This document shows, piece after piece, positions 1 to 9,248 of a stretch of DNA of 64,000 nt. The notes beneath the pieces were generated by a model that saw only the letters and a program-made list of their open reading frames with translations, ran no database searches and had not been told where the DNA came from. Each line of letters begins with the position of its first letter. Position 1 is the first letter of the stretch. The stretch is from Candidatus Zixiibacteriota bacterium (lineage in GTDB: Bacteria; RBG-13-66-14; B26-G2; WVWN01), in the NCBI GenBank assembly GCA_050117845.1, contig JASFLY010000003.1:32001-96000 (forward strand), written 5' to 3'. Position numbers and translations under genes: made by a program.

Positions 1-2227
1 TCACGGCCTCGGCCAGGCCGCCGAGTTCGTCCACGAAACCCAATTTCCGGGCGTCTTCCCCGGTATAGATCCGGCCTCCGGCCAGTTCGTCCAGGCGGGC
101 CGGCTCTATCCCCCGGGTCTCGGCGACGACGCCCTTGAAACGCTCGTACATGTCGTCGGATATCCGCTGGGCCCAGGCCCGTTCCTGTTCCGTCCAGAGG
201 CGGTGGTAACTGAGCGCGTCGACGTGCTCGCCCGATTTGACCGGGACCCGCGTTATGCCGTATTTTTTATAAAACTCTTCCAGCGACGGCTTCCCCATTA
301 CTACGCCGATAGAGACGGCCAGGGTTGCAGGGTCGGCGAAGATGCGGTCCGCGCCGCAGGAGATGAAGTACCCGCCCGAGGCGGCGATATCCCCCATCGA
401 CGCCACGACCAGCTTGCCGGCCTCCCGGCACTTCACCACCTCGTCGTATATGGCCTCGGACGCTATGGCCGAGCCGCCGCCCGAGTTGATCCGCAGGACG
501 ATGGCCCCGACGTCCGGGTCCTTGCGCGCGGCCCGCAACTGGGCCACGACCGTGTACTCGCCGATGGTCCGGCTGCCCCATAGTATCGAGCGCCGGCTGC
601 GGCCGGTTTCGATGCTGCCCTCCGCGATGATGACCCGCACCGACTTCGGTTCGCCCCAGCGCCGCTTCCACGGTTGGCGCAGCGATATCTCGCCGAACGA
701 GACCTCGTCCGCATCCCTGCCTGCGTCGCGGGCGACCACCGCCCGGACGTCCTCGTAGCGCGCCACCTCGTCAATCAGGCCCGCGTCCCGGCACTCGAAG
801 GCCGTCATCGGTTCCCCCTCGCACAACTCCCGAAGCCGGCCGGCGTCGATACCGCGGTCCTCGGCCACGGCCCAAAGGAATTGCTCGTAAACGCCGTCCA
901 CCAGCTTCTGCACAACCTCTTTCATCTCCGGCGACGGCTCGTCGGCTATCTGGTGGAACAGCCCCTTAACGTCGCCTGAAGTTATAAAGTCCCACTCGAC
1001 GCCGAAGCGCTCGGTCAGGTCGGTTATCCGCCACATCGTCATATAGGTCCCGACGCCGCCGAAGAAGCCGTTCGTCGGCATAACGATAACGTCCGCCGCC
1101 GACGCGATGTAATAACCCTGCGGCCGGTGAACCACCTCGACGTACGCGTAGACTTTTTTCCCGGCCCGCCGGACCTCGTATATCGCCGTCCGGATTTCCT
1201 GCGCCAGGCCCGTAATGCCCGGCGTGAACCCGGCGCTAACGTCGCCTATGCGCAGTACGACCGCCTTGACCTCCGGGTCGTCGCGGGCCGCGTTCAAGCG
1301 GCGGATTATATCCCGGCCGCTCTTCCGACCCGAGCCCAGAAGCGAGAAGCCGGAACCGCTCTCGGCCAGGCGCCCTTCTATAACAATCTCGCGGTACTGA
1401 TCGCCGCAAAGGAAAACCGAATCCTTGCGCTCGAGGTTGAATCCCAGGCCCGCGCTGTCCGCCTGGTACTCGAGGTCCTCGTCCAGCCGGGCGTTGTAGT
1501 CGAAGCTCCCGTAACCGAAACCGAAGGTCACGCCGGCGCCGACGTTCTTGTCGTCGTCCGCGCTGAACCCCAGCTTCACGCCGTCGACTATTTCCAGGTC
1601 CAGGCCGCCGCGGTAACTAATGTCGCCAAGCTCGTCGCCTTCCCGCCACCCCGCGTCACAACTGAGCGTCAGCCGCTCCCAGAAGGGCCGGACGCCCACG
1701 GCGGCCACGTAGGTCCGCCTCTCGGTCTGACGCAGGAACCGCGGCTCGTTGAGGTTCCGGCCTACCGCCGCGAGGGACAGGTAGGGACTCGGCCGGGCCA
1801 TGACGCCGGCGTCGACGGTCCAGGCCGACGTTAAGTAAGGCTTGGACGCGGCGAGGCGATTCACACCCAAACCCATGCCGAAACCCCGATACACGGGACC
1901 GCCGAAGGTCCAGGAAAAGCGACTGTTTTTAATATTGTCGTCCGGGAAGCGAGCCGCGTCATAAGCGAAACCGCCTATAAGCGTATCGAAGTAGAGATGG
2001 TAATTCCTCCGCCCCAGGTTCTGAATGTTACGGGAGAAGTAGCAGTTGAAACCGTGGCCCGCGGCCAGGCCCGCCGGGTTAATGGGAACGCTCATCGCGT
2101 CGTCGGCCACCGCGGCCGATCCCCCCGCGCCGTAGGCCGGTGGCTCCCAGTACGAATAAACGTCGAAGGCCTCCGCCACCCCGGCGAGGCAAATCGCGGT
2201 AAAAACCGCCGCAAATTTATTAAACAT
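1..2227 (-). CDS. sppA: Signal peptide peptidase SppA (two S49 domains) with N-terminal signal peptide and predicted beta-barrel-like domain; 3' end outside window
   Basis: Manual translation from ATG 2227 (MFNKFAAVF...): AARDDPEVKAVVLRI, YYIASAAD, LRINSGGGSAIASE, SMGDIAASGGY, GGRIYTGEDARKLGFVDELGG. Missing from the ORF track because no stop falls in the window. Confidence 0.9.
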   Translation of the reverse strand, partial: MFNKFAAVFTAICLAGVAEAFDVYSYWEPPAYGAGGSAAVADDAMSVPINPAGLAAGHGFNCYFSRNIQNLGRRNYHLYFDTLIGGFAYDAARFPDDNIKNSRFSWTFGGPVYRGFGMGLGVNRLAASKPYLTSAWTVDAGVMARPSPYLSLAAVGRNLNEPRFLRQTERRTYVAAVGVRPFWERLTLSCDAGWREGDELGDISYRGGLDLEIVDGVKLGFSADDDKNVGAGVTFGFGYGSFDYNARLDEDLEYQADSAGLGFNLERKDSVFLCGDQYREIVIEGRLAESGSGFSLLGSGRKSGRDIIRRLNAARDDPEVKAVVLRIGDVSAGFTPGITGLAQEIRTAIYEVRRAGKKVYAYVEVVHRPQGYYIASAADVIVMPTNGFFGGVGTYMTMWRITDLTERFGVEWDFITSGDVKGLFHQIADEPSPEMKEVVQKLVDGVYEQFLWAVAEDRGIDAGRLRELCEGEPMTAFECRDAGLIDEVARYEDVRAVVARDAGRDADEVSFGEISLRQPWKRRWGEPKSVRVIIAEGSIETGRSRRSILWGSRTIGEYTVVAQLRAARKDPDVGAIVLRINSGGGSAIASEAIYDEVVKCREAGKLVVASMGDIAASGGYFISCGADRIFADPATLAVSIGVVMGKPSLEEFYKKYGITRVPVKSGEHVDALSYHRLWTEQERAWAQRISDDMYERFKGVVAETRGIEPARLDELAGGRIYTGEDARKLGFVDELGGLAEAV

Positions 2228-2260
2228 ATGGCAACCCCTTGTATAATAACGATTCGCGGT

Positions 2261-2289
2261 ATAGTAGCTTAATATCGGCCTTTCCGCAA
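2261..2289 (-). promoter_or_regulatory. sigma70-like promoter for sppA
   Basis: TTGCGG-N17-TACTAT on minus strand. Confidence 0.5.
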
Positions 2290-2330
2290 GCCGTTACCGC
2301 GACTAAAAAGACCCAAAAAACCCATTTCCC

Positions 2331-2359
2331 TTGACTTAAACCCGGTCGGATAATATATT
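2331..2359 (+). promoter_or_regulatory. sigma70-like promoter for smpB operon
   Basis: TTGACT-N17-TATATT. Confidence 0.65.
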
Positions 2360-2384
2360 TCTCCCAAGAAGTGAAGAGACTAAA

Positions 2385-2819
2385 ATGGATAAAACCGTCG
2401 CATCCAATCGTCGTGCGAGGTACGACTACGAGATTTTGCAGACCTACGAGGCCGGCCTGGTACTCGCCGGCGCCGAGGTCAAGTCGCTTAGGGGCGGCCG
2501 CTGTTCACTGGGGGACTCCTACGCCGCCCCCGATAACGGCGAAATATATCTCCACAACCTCCATATCCCGCGCTACGACAAGAGTTCGGCCGACGCCCTC
2601 AATCCCCGGCGCCGCCGGAAACTCCTCTTCAACCGGGGGGAGATTAACCGCATTATTCGGGCCGTGGAGCAAAAGGGCGTTACGCTCATACCGTTAAAAA
2701 TATACTTCTCGGGACCCTACGCCAAGGTCGAAATCGCCCTCGCCCGGGGCAAAGCCAAATACGACAAAAGAGCAAAGATCCGCGAGAAAGACGAGGACAA
2801 GCAAAATTGGGAACGTTAA
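2385..2819 (+). CDS. smpB: SsrA-binding protein
   Basis: NRRARYDY, EAGLVLAGAEVKSLR, RKLL, LIPLKIYF, GKAKYDKR. Confidence 0.97.
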   Translation: MDKTVASNRRARYDYEILQTYEAGLVLAGAEVKSLRGGRCSLGDSYAAPDNGEIYLHNLHIPRYDKSSADALNPRRRRKLLFNRGEINRIIRAVEQKGVTLIPLKIYFSGPYAKVEIALARGKAKYDKRAKIREKDEDKQNWER

Positions 2820-4057
2820 AACATATCGCATCGGGTCGCCGCGTAATCTCCCGGGCATTGTTGTGGGGAATATCTCTCGCCGTAACGGCGCCCGGCCTGG
2901 CGGCCCCGGCCGGCGCGGCCAACCGCGTCACCGGCATGACCGTCCGCAACTACACCGACTACACCGCCGTCATCGTCAAACTCGAAAAGCCTGCTTTATT
3001 TAAAGTGAGTAAAACGAAGGACGGCCGCCTGGCCCTCATCATCGACGACTGCTCGGTATCGCCCTCGGCCGCCAAGTTGACCGAACCCGTGGGCGTCGTC
3101 GCGAAGGTCACCTCCGCCACTTCCGACAACCGGGCCTATATTTACGTAACGCCGAGCAAAAGCGCCAAGAACTACGAGGGGAAATCCCTTAAAAACCCGC
3201 CGCAGATATTCTTTAAAATTTATAAAAAAGCCGGAACCACCAAGCCGACGACGAAACCCGTAACCAAACCCGACGTCGAACCGGCGACGGAGAAACCGGT
3301 GGTCGCGGCCAAGGGCGAATTCCCCGTCTCGGCCCGCGAGATGGAAGCCGACAAAACCCCCACGAAGATCGATACGATCTGCATCGACCCCGGCCACGGG
3401 GCCCACTTCTCCGGGGCGGAAGGCCCGACCGGCGTCCTCGAGAAGGACGTCAACCTCGAGATATCGCTCCGGCTGGCCCGGCTCCTGCGGGACAAATTGG
3501 GCGTACGCGTCGCGATGACCCGCATCGACGACAGCCACGTCTACATGCGCGACCGTACCGGCCTGGCCAACGCCATCAACGCCGACCTATTCATCGACGT
3601 CCACAACAACGCCGTCCTCAACTCCAAGGTGCGGGGGACGGAGACGTACTTCCTCTCCGAGTCCCGCAACGACTGGGAACGCGCCGCCACCATCGCCGAG
3701 AACCAGGACTACCTGGCCGAGAACCCCAACTTCAGCGCCGACCCGGGAAGCCTGAACTTCCTTTTGTCGATGCTCGCGCAGAACGAGTACCTGCAGGAAT
3801 CGTCGGAGTTGGCCCACCTCGTCCAGGCGCGGATGCTGGCCAAGCTCGAACTCCGCGACCGGGGCGTGAAGCAGGCGCCGTTCTTCGTCCTCGTGGGTTG
3901 CGAGATGCCCTCTATCCTGGTCGAGATAGCCTTCATCTCCAACGCGACCGAGGAGAAGCTTTTGACCGACCCGGCCTGGCAGCAAAAAGCCGCGGAAGCC
4001 ATCTATGAGGGCATCAAGGCGTACAAGGACGCCTACGAGAAAAAGATGGCTAACTAA
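2807..4057 (+). CDS. N-acetylmuramoyl-L-alanine amidase (AMIN-like + Amidase_3); start uncertain
   Basis: Signal peptide, IDPGHG, EKDVNL, MTR, ADLFIDVHNNA, PSILVEIAFISN. Confidence 0.92.
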   Translation: MGTLKHIASGRRVISRALLWGISLAVTAPGLAAPAGAANRVTGMTVRNYTDYTAVIVKLEKPALFKVSKTKDGRLALIIDDCSVSPSAAKLTEPVGVVAKVTSATSDNRAYIYVTPSKSAKNYEGKSLKNPPQIFFKIYKKAGTTKPTTKPVTKPDVEPATEKPVVAAKGEFPVSAREMEADKTPTKIDTICIDPGHGAHFSGAEGPTGVLEKDVNLEISLRLARLLRDKLGVRVAMTRIDDSHVYMRDRTGLANAINADLFIDVHNNAVLNSKVRGTETYFLSESRNDWERAATIAENQDYLAENPNFSADPGSLNFLLSMLAQNEYLQESSELAHLVQARMLAKLELRDRGVKQAPFFVLVGCEMPSILVEIAFISNATEEKLLTDPAWQQKAAEAIYEGIKAYKDAYEKKMAN

Positions 4058-4078
4058 CGCCGCCGAACGGCAGTTTCT

Positions 4079-5143
4079 ATGACCGTACTCGAAATCGTAC
4101 TCGCCGTCGTGGCCGTGGTCGCCCTGGCCGCCGCCGCGGCCATGTTCTTCTCCACCCGCGGCGCCCAGCGCCGGCTGGAGGACAACCTGGCCCGCGCCCG
4201 GGAACTGAACGCCACCGCGGCCGAAATGGCCGCGTTCCGCCAGGCCGTGGACAACCGCCTCGACAGCGTATCGAGCCTCTTCGCCAACGCCTCGAACGCC
4301 ATCAGCCAACAACTCGCCTCCGCCTCCGACACCGTATCGTCGGTGCATCAGGGCATCGGCGAAATCCGCGAGTCTTCCACCCGCGTCATCGAACTCAGCC
4401 AGAACATAAAGAAGCTGGAAGACATCCTTCGTCCCCCCAAGACGCGGGGCATCGTCGGCGAGGTCCTTCTGGAAAACGTCCTCTCCCAGGTCCTGCCCGC
4501 CAAGCAGTTCCGGCGGCAGTACCCCCTGGGCGGGACTTTCGTCGACTTCGCCGTAATCATCGGAAACAAATTCGTCCCGGTCGACTCCAAGTTCCCGCTG
4601 GAGAGTTTCGAGCGCATGATTCGGGCCGACGAGGGCGAACGTGCCGGCCTGCGCCGCGACTTCGTCCGGGCGGTTAAAAACAAAATAGACGACATCGCCG
4701 CCAAATACATCCGTCCCGACCTCGGCACCTACGACTTCGCGCTGATGTACCTGCCGTCCGAGAGCGTGTACTACGAGACGGCCGTGACCGACGGCGACCT
4801 CTTCGATTACGGCGCGGCGAAGAAAGTGTTCCCGGTTTCGCCAGCGACCATTTACGTCTACCTGGCGACGGTGGCGATGGGCCTGCGGGGGATGGCGCTG
4901 GAAGGCCGGGCGGCCGCGGTGGCCGCCGAACTTAGCCGCCTGGGGGACGAACTCGGCAAGTTCCAGGAGCTCTTCCGCGTCACCGGCAAGCACCTCCGCG
5001 ACGCCGCGAACAAGTACGACGAGGCCGGCCGCGCCCTGGGCACCTTCCAGGACCGCCTCGCCGCCGCCGGCAAACTCGGCGAGGGCGAGGAGGACGGCGC
5101 TCCGGCGCCGCTCCCGGCCGACGAAACGGGCCTCTTCGATTAA
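4079..5143 (+). CDS. rmuC: DNA recombination protein RmuC family
   Basis: N-terminal TM, coiled coil, RGIVGEVLLE, VDSKFP, KYI..TYDFALMYLPSES. Confidence 0.9.
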   Translation: MTVLEIVLAVVAVVALAAAAAMFFSTRGAQRRLEDNLARARELNATAAEMAAFRQAVDNRLDSVSSLFANASNAISQQLASASDTVSSVHQGIGEIRESSTRVIELSQNIKKLEDILRPPKTRGIVGEVLLENVLSQVLPAKQFRRQYPLGGTFVDFAVIIGNKFVPVDSKFPLESFERMIRADEGERAGLRRDFVRAVKNKIDDIAAKYIRPDLGTYDFALMYLPSESVYYETAVTDGDLFDYGAAKKVFPVSPATIYVYLATVAMGLRGMALEGRAAAVAAELSRLGDELGKFQELFRVTGKHLRDAANKYDEAGRALGTFQDRLAAAGKLGEGEEDGAPAPLPADETGLFD

Positions 5144-5149
5144 ACGTTT

Positions 5150-5782
5150 ATGGCAAAAAAGAGCCCCAACCGATTCTGGAAATGGACGGCCGCGGCGATA
5201 GTGGCCGCGGCGACGCTCGCGCTTATTTGGAGCGCTTATCGCTACCGGAACGAGCTCCTGGCCGGCCTCGCGCCAGCAGGGGAGGAAGGCACGGCCGAAA
5301 CCGCGGCGGCGACGGGAGAATCCGAAGCGGCCGACATCTACTTCGCGGACGCCGAGTACACCGAACTCGTGGCCGAAAAGCGCGAGGTGGCGGCGACGGA
5401 GACGCCCGAGGAACGCGTCCGCCTGGTCGTCGCCGAGCTTATCGCCGGGCCCCGGTCGGCCGAGCTGTCCCCCACCCTTCCCTCGCAGGCCAAGCTAATA
5501 TCGGTGTTCCTGCAAGACGGCGTCGCCATCCTGAACTTCGATAAAAACATCCAGTCGGACAAGTTCGGCAGCACCGGCGAGCTGTTCGCCGTCAACTCCC
5601 TCTATGAAACGGTGACCGCGAACGTCGCCGGCGTGGACGGCATTCAGATACGCATCGAGGGCCGGCGGGCGAATACCCTCACCGGCGACGGCGGCCACGT
5701 GGCCGCGGGCTTCCCGGTCTACGGCGAACTGGGCCGCTACGTATCCCCGCCGCCCACCTCCTCCCGGGAGTCCTCCGAATGA
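5150..5782 (+). CDS. GerMN domain membrane-anchored protein
   Basis: TM, IYFAD, ELIAGP..LSPTLP, GSTGELFAVNSL; typical murI neighbour. Confidence 0.8.
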   Translation: MAKKSPNRFWKWTAAAIVAAATLALIWSAYRYRNELLAGLAPAGEEGTAETAAATGESEAADIYFADAEYTELVAEKREVAATETPEERVRLVVAELIAGPRSAELSPTLPSQAKLISVFLQDGVAILNFDKNIQSDKFGSTGELFAVNSLYETVTANVAGVDGIQIRIEGRRANTLTGDGGHVAAGFPVYGELGRYVSPPPTSSRESSE

Positions 5783-6600
5783 GCGCCTCCGCCCCCATCG
5801 CGATATTCGATTCCGGCGTCGGCGGCCTTACGGTCGCCCGCGAGATAAACCGCGCCCTCGAAGGCGAGGAGCTAATTTATCTCGGCGACACCGCCCGCGT
5901 CCCCTACGGCTCCAAATCGCCCGCCACCGTACGGCGCTTCGCCGGCGAGTGCGTGGAGTTCCTACTTCACTTCCGGCCCAAGCTCGTCATCATCGCCTGC
6001 AACACGGCCTCCGCGACCGCGCTGGAATTCCTGGACAGGAACGTTGACGTGCCGATGCTCGGCGTAATCGAGCCCGGCGCGCGCGCCGCCGTGGGCGCGA
6101 CCGACCTCCGTCGCGTCGGCGTCATCGGCACGCGGGCCACCGTGGCCAGCGGCGCCTATACCCGGGCCGTGGCCGCCCTCGACGACGCCGTCGAGGTCAC
6201 GAGCCGGGCGTGCCCGCTCTTCGTCCCCCTCGTCGAGGAGGGTCGGCTGGGCGGCCCCGTCGTGCGGGAGATAGCCCGGGAGTACCTGGCGCCTCTGCTG
6301 GAGCGCGAGATAGACACGCTCATCCTCGGCTGCACCCACTACCCCGCGCTCAAGCCGGTCCTGGCCGAGGTCGCCGGCGCCGCCGTGACGCTGATAGACT
6401 CCGCGGAAACGATGGCCACGACCGTGCGCGAGGTACTCGCGGCCCGCGGCGAGGCCCGGCCCCGGGCCGAGACTCCGCCCGCGCCCCGCTTCTTCGTAAC
6501 CGACATTATCGACGAATTCGAACGGGTGGGCGGGATAATCTGGCCCGACATGTCGGGGAAGATAGAACGCGTGGAAATCGGGCGCGCGTCCCTGCATTGA
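5779..6600 (+). CDS. murI: Glutamate racemase
   Basis: FDSGVGGLTV, VPYG, ACNTAS, LGCTHYP. Confidence 0.97.
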   Translation: MSASAPIAIFDSGVGGLTVAREINRALEGEELIYLGDTARVPYGSKSPATVRRFAGECVEFLLHFRPKLVIIACNTASATALEFLDRNVDVPMLGVIEPGARAAVGATDLRRVGVIGTRATVASGAYTRAVAALDDAVEVTSRACPLFVPLVEEGRLGGPVVREIAREYLAPLLEREIDTLILGCTHYPALKPVLAEVAGAAVTLIDSAETMATTVREVLAARGEARPRAETPPAPRFFVTDIIDEFERVGGIIWPDMSGKIERVEIGRASLH

Positions 6601-6611
6601 GGCCCCATTTC

Positions 6612-8003
6612 ATGGACGCGAAACGGCCTAAGACGCTGTACTGGTTATGGGGACTCGGGGCATTCGGTATCGCGGTTACGGCGGCGGCCACGGTCCTCGA
6701 CCCGCCGTCGCTTCGGCTCGAGATGGCGGCCCCGATAGCGGTATTCGCGGCCGCGGCGTTCCTCTCCGGGATTTACCAGGTCCGCCTTACCTCGGCCTCC
6801 GTATTCTCGCTGTGCGCGGCGGCTTTCGCCGGCGCCGTCCTGGCCTTCGGTCCCGTCATCGGCGCATGGCTGGCCGCCGGCGTCGACCTCCTGATAACGG
6901 TCGCGGACCAGCGGCGCATAAAGCGCGGCCTCGCGGCCCCGGCGCCCGCCGACATCGCCCCCGGCCGGGTCGTCATCAACACCGGCCTCAACGCGCTGAT
7001 GTTCCTCGCCGGCGGTTACGCTTATCGGGCGGTGGCCGGAGAAATGCCCGTAAGCGAGATAACGCCTCTCACCGTGGCGGGCATCGTGGCCTTTCTGGCG
7101 GCCCGGATGGTCGTCATCCAGGTCTACCACGCGATAATCGGGGCGGTACGGGGGACGCTCTCCATTCGTTCCGCGCTCCGCGATATCCGTAGCACCTTGA
7201 CCTTCGACGTGGCCCTGTACCCCGCGGCCCTCGTGCTGGCGCTGTTGTACGCCCACGGGATGCTATGGGGGTTGGCCCTCGCCGGGACGTCGCTCGTCCT
7301 AGCGAGCGTTCTCCTCCAGCGTCAAACGCGCCTCGACCTCGTCGTGAAGCGATACGTATCGCCGGCCAAGTCGTCCGAAATTCTGGACAACCCGTACGAG
7401 TTCCTGCGCGCCGAGCGCCGTGATATCAGCATCGTCTTCGCCGACCTCCGCGGCACCACCGGCATAAGCCAGCGCCTCCCCGCTGCGGACATGCTCGCGC
7501 TCTTGAACGCGTTCCACCGGACGATGATAGACGAGGTCATCCGGGCCGGGGCGACCGTGGACAAGATTATGGGGGACGGCCTGATGATACTGGTGGGCGC
7601 GCCGATTAGGGAAGAGAACCACCCGGCGAAGGCGGTGGAACTGGGGATCGCGCTCCAGCGGGCGTACCGGGGAGTGCGGCGCGACCTCGAAGGCCGGGGC
7701 CTCCCGGCTCCGGGTATGGGCGTAGGCGTCGCGACCGGCGAGGTCGTAATTGGGAACGTGGGGTCGGAGATGCGGCTGGACTACACGGCCATCGGGGCCG
7801 CGGTCAACGTTTCGTCCAAACTCTGCGCCGCCGCGGCCGATACTGAGATCTTGATTACCGGCGAGTGCCGCCGTCGGGTGGAAGAAGCCATGGCCGCCGG
7901 ACGGGCGTCGTATTTGAAGGATATCGAATTTGAAGGACTGGCGCCGCTGGCCGTGGCCGGCCTGGCCGAACCCATAGAGGCCGTCCGGGCCGTGTACGCT
8001 TGA
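6612..8003 (+). CDS. Membrane-bound class III adenylate/guanylate cyclase
   Basis: Multi-TM N-terminus; FADLRGTT, DKIMGDG, GEVVIGNVGS..RLDYTAIG..VN. Start taken as the ATG after murI. Confidence 0.88.
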   Translation: MDAKRPKTLYWLWGLGAFGIAVTAAATVLDPPSLRLEMAAPIAVFAAAAFLSGIYQVRLTSASVFSLCAAAFAGAVLAFGPVIGAWLAAGVDLLITVADQRRIKRGLAAPAPADIAPGRVVINTGLNALMFLAGGYAYRAVAGEMPVSEITPLTVAGIVAFLAARMVVIQVYHAIIGAVRGTLSIRSALRDIRSTLTFDVALYPAALVLALLYAHGMLWGLALAGTSLVLASVLLQRQTRLDLVVKRYVSPAKSSEILDNPYEFLRAERRDISIVFADLRGTTGISQRLPAADMLALLNAFHRTMIDEVIRAGATVDKIMGDGLMILVGAPIREENHPAKAVELGIALQRAYRGVRRDLEGRGLPAPGMGVGVATGEVVIGNVGSEMRLDYTAIGAAVNVSSKLCAAAADTEILITGECRRRVEEAMAAGRASYLKDIEFEGLAPLAVAGLAEPIEAVRAVYA

Positions 8004-8013
8004 TAGCGCGGAT

Positions 8014-8424
8014 TTATTCTATTACAAATTCGTGGCTGACGTCGCAAGCCTTAGAGAGCATGGCGTACGCGCCGCAATACTTCTCCACCGACAGGCGCAC
8101 AGCCTCGGCTACGTCCTTCTCTTGCAGGTCCGTACCGCGGCAGTAGTATTTAACGCGAATACCGGTAAAAACGCGCGGGTGCTCCTCGGCCCTGTCGGCC
8201 TCGACCTCGACGCGAAAGTCCGTCAGGCCCGTCCGTTTTTTCGTAAGTATTGACGCCACGTCCATGCCGGTGCAGCCGCCCAGGCCGATGAGAAAGAGCT
8301 CGAGCGGCCGCGACCCGGCCTCGAGGCCGCCCAGATTAACCGGCCCGTCCATGGGCACCCAGTGGCCGGAATCAGCTTTACCGATGAAGGATAATCCCTG
8401 TACGCGATAAACTTCCGCTTTCAT
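8014..8424 (-). CDS. OsmC/YhfA family protein
   Basis: RPLELFLIGLGGCTGMDV, SVEKYC. Confidence 0.9.
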   Translation of the reverse strand: MKAEVYRVQGLSFIGKADSGHWVPMDGPVNLGGLEAGSRPLELFLIGLGGCTGMDVASILTKKRTGLTDFRVEVEADRAEEHPRVFTGIRVKYYCRGTDLQEKDVAEAVRLSVEKYCGAYAMLSKACDVSHEFVIE

Positions 8425-8470
8425 TCAAACCTCCTGCCGTCGCCGGCGTAAGTTACGGATAGGAGTAGTT

Positions 8471-9235
8471 ATGTCGAAAGAAAAAGCTCGGCCCGACGGC
8501 CGTCGCCCGGATCAACTCCGGCCTGTAAAAATCACCCGCGGGTATCTGATGCACCCGGAAGGGTCCTGCCTCATCGAGGTCGGCGATACGAAGATAATCT
8601 GTACCGCCTCCGTCGAGGCCGGCGTCCCCAACTGGATGGACGGCGGCGGCCGGGGCTGGGTAACGGCCGAGTATTCTATGTTACCTCGGGCTACCCATTC
8701 AAGGTCTTTCCGCGAAGGCCGGACCGCTCGGCCGCCGGGGCGGACGATGGAGATCCAGCGGCTCGTGGGCCGCTGCCTCCGGGCGGTCACCGAACTTCCC
8801 GCGCTGGGCGACCGCCGCGTCACCATCGACTGCGACGTCATTCAAGCCGACGGGGGCACGCGGACCGCCGCCATCACCGGCGGGTACGTCGCGCTGCACG
8901 ACGCGCTCGCCAAGGTCGGCATTAAAACCGCCGAGGGAAACCTGCCGCTCCGCGATACCGTCGTCGGCGTTTCGGTGGGCATCGTGGCCGGCGAGCCGCG
9001 CCTAGACCTGCCCTACGCCGAGGACCGCGACGCCGCCGTCGACATGAACTGCGCATTCACCGGCGAGGGGCGCATCGTCGAGATTCAGGCATCCGCGGAG
9101 GAGCGGCCTTTCAGCGACGCCGAGTTCGAGAAGCTACTCGACCTGGCCCGCCAGGGGGCGGCGCTCCTTACGCGGCTCGTCAAACAACTCTTCGACCGGG
9201 ACCTCCCCTCCATCAGGACCCACGACGGAACGTAA
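8471..9235 (+). CDS. rph: Ribonuclease PH
   Basis: RPDGR..QLRP, GWVTAEYSMLP, EIQRLVGR, DGGTRTAAITG. Confidence 0.97.
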   Translation: MSKEKARPDGRRPDQLRPVKITRGYLMHPEGSCLIEVGDTKIICTASVEAGVPNWMDGGGRGWVTAEYSMLPRATHSRSFREGRTARPPGRTMEIQRLVGRCLRAVTELPALGDRRVTIDCDVIQADGGTRTAAITGGYVALHDALAKVGIKTAEGNLPLRDTVVGVSVGIVAGEPRLDLPYAEDRDAAVDMNCAFTGEGRIVEIQASAEERPFSDAEFEKLLDLARQGAALLTRLVKQLFDRDLPSIRTHDGT

Positions 9236-9248
9236 CGGCGGCCCGACG

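Noticed and set aside
203..2272. Several ORF-track entries over the sppA region, and the many long antisense or alternate-frame ORFs throughout the window
   Set aside because: Shadow ORFs expected at high GC; they overlap genes with clear family motifs
2228..2819. tmRNA near smpB
   Set aside because: No tRNA-like ends or tag frame seen in any spacer
6210..6611. N-terminal extensions in the ORF track (cyclase, acpS, nuoC, panC, 23287 lipoprotein)
   Set aside because: They overlap upstream genes in another frame; downstream starts fit the family N-termini
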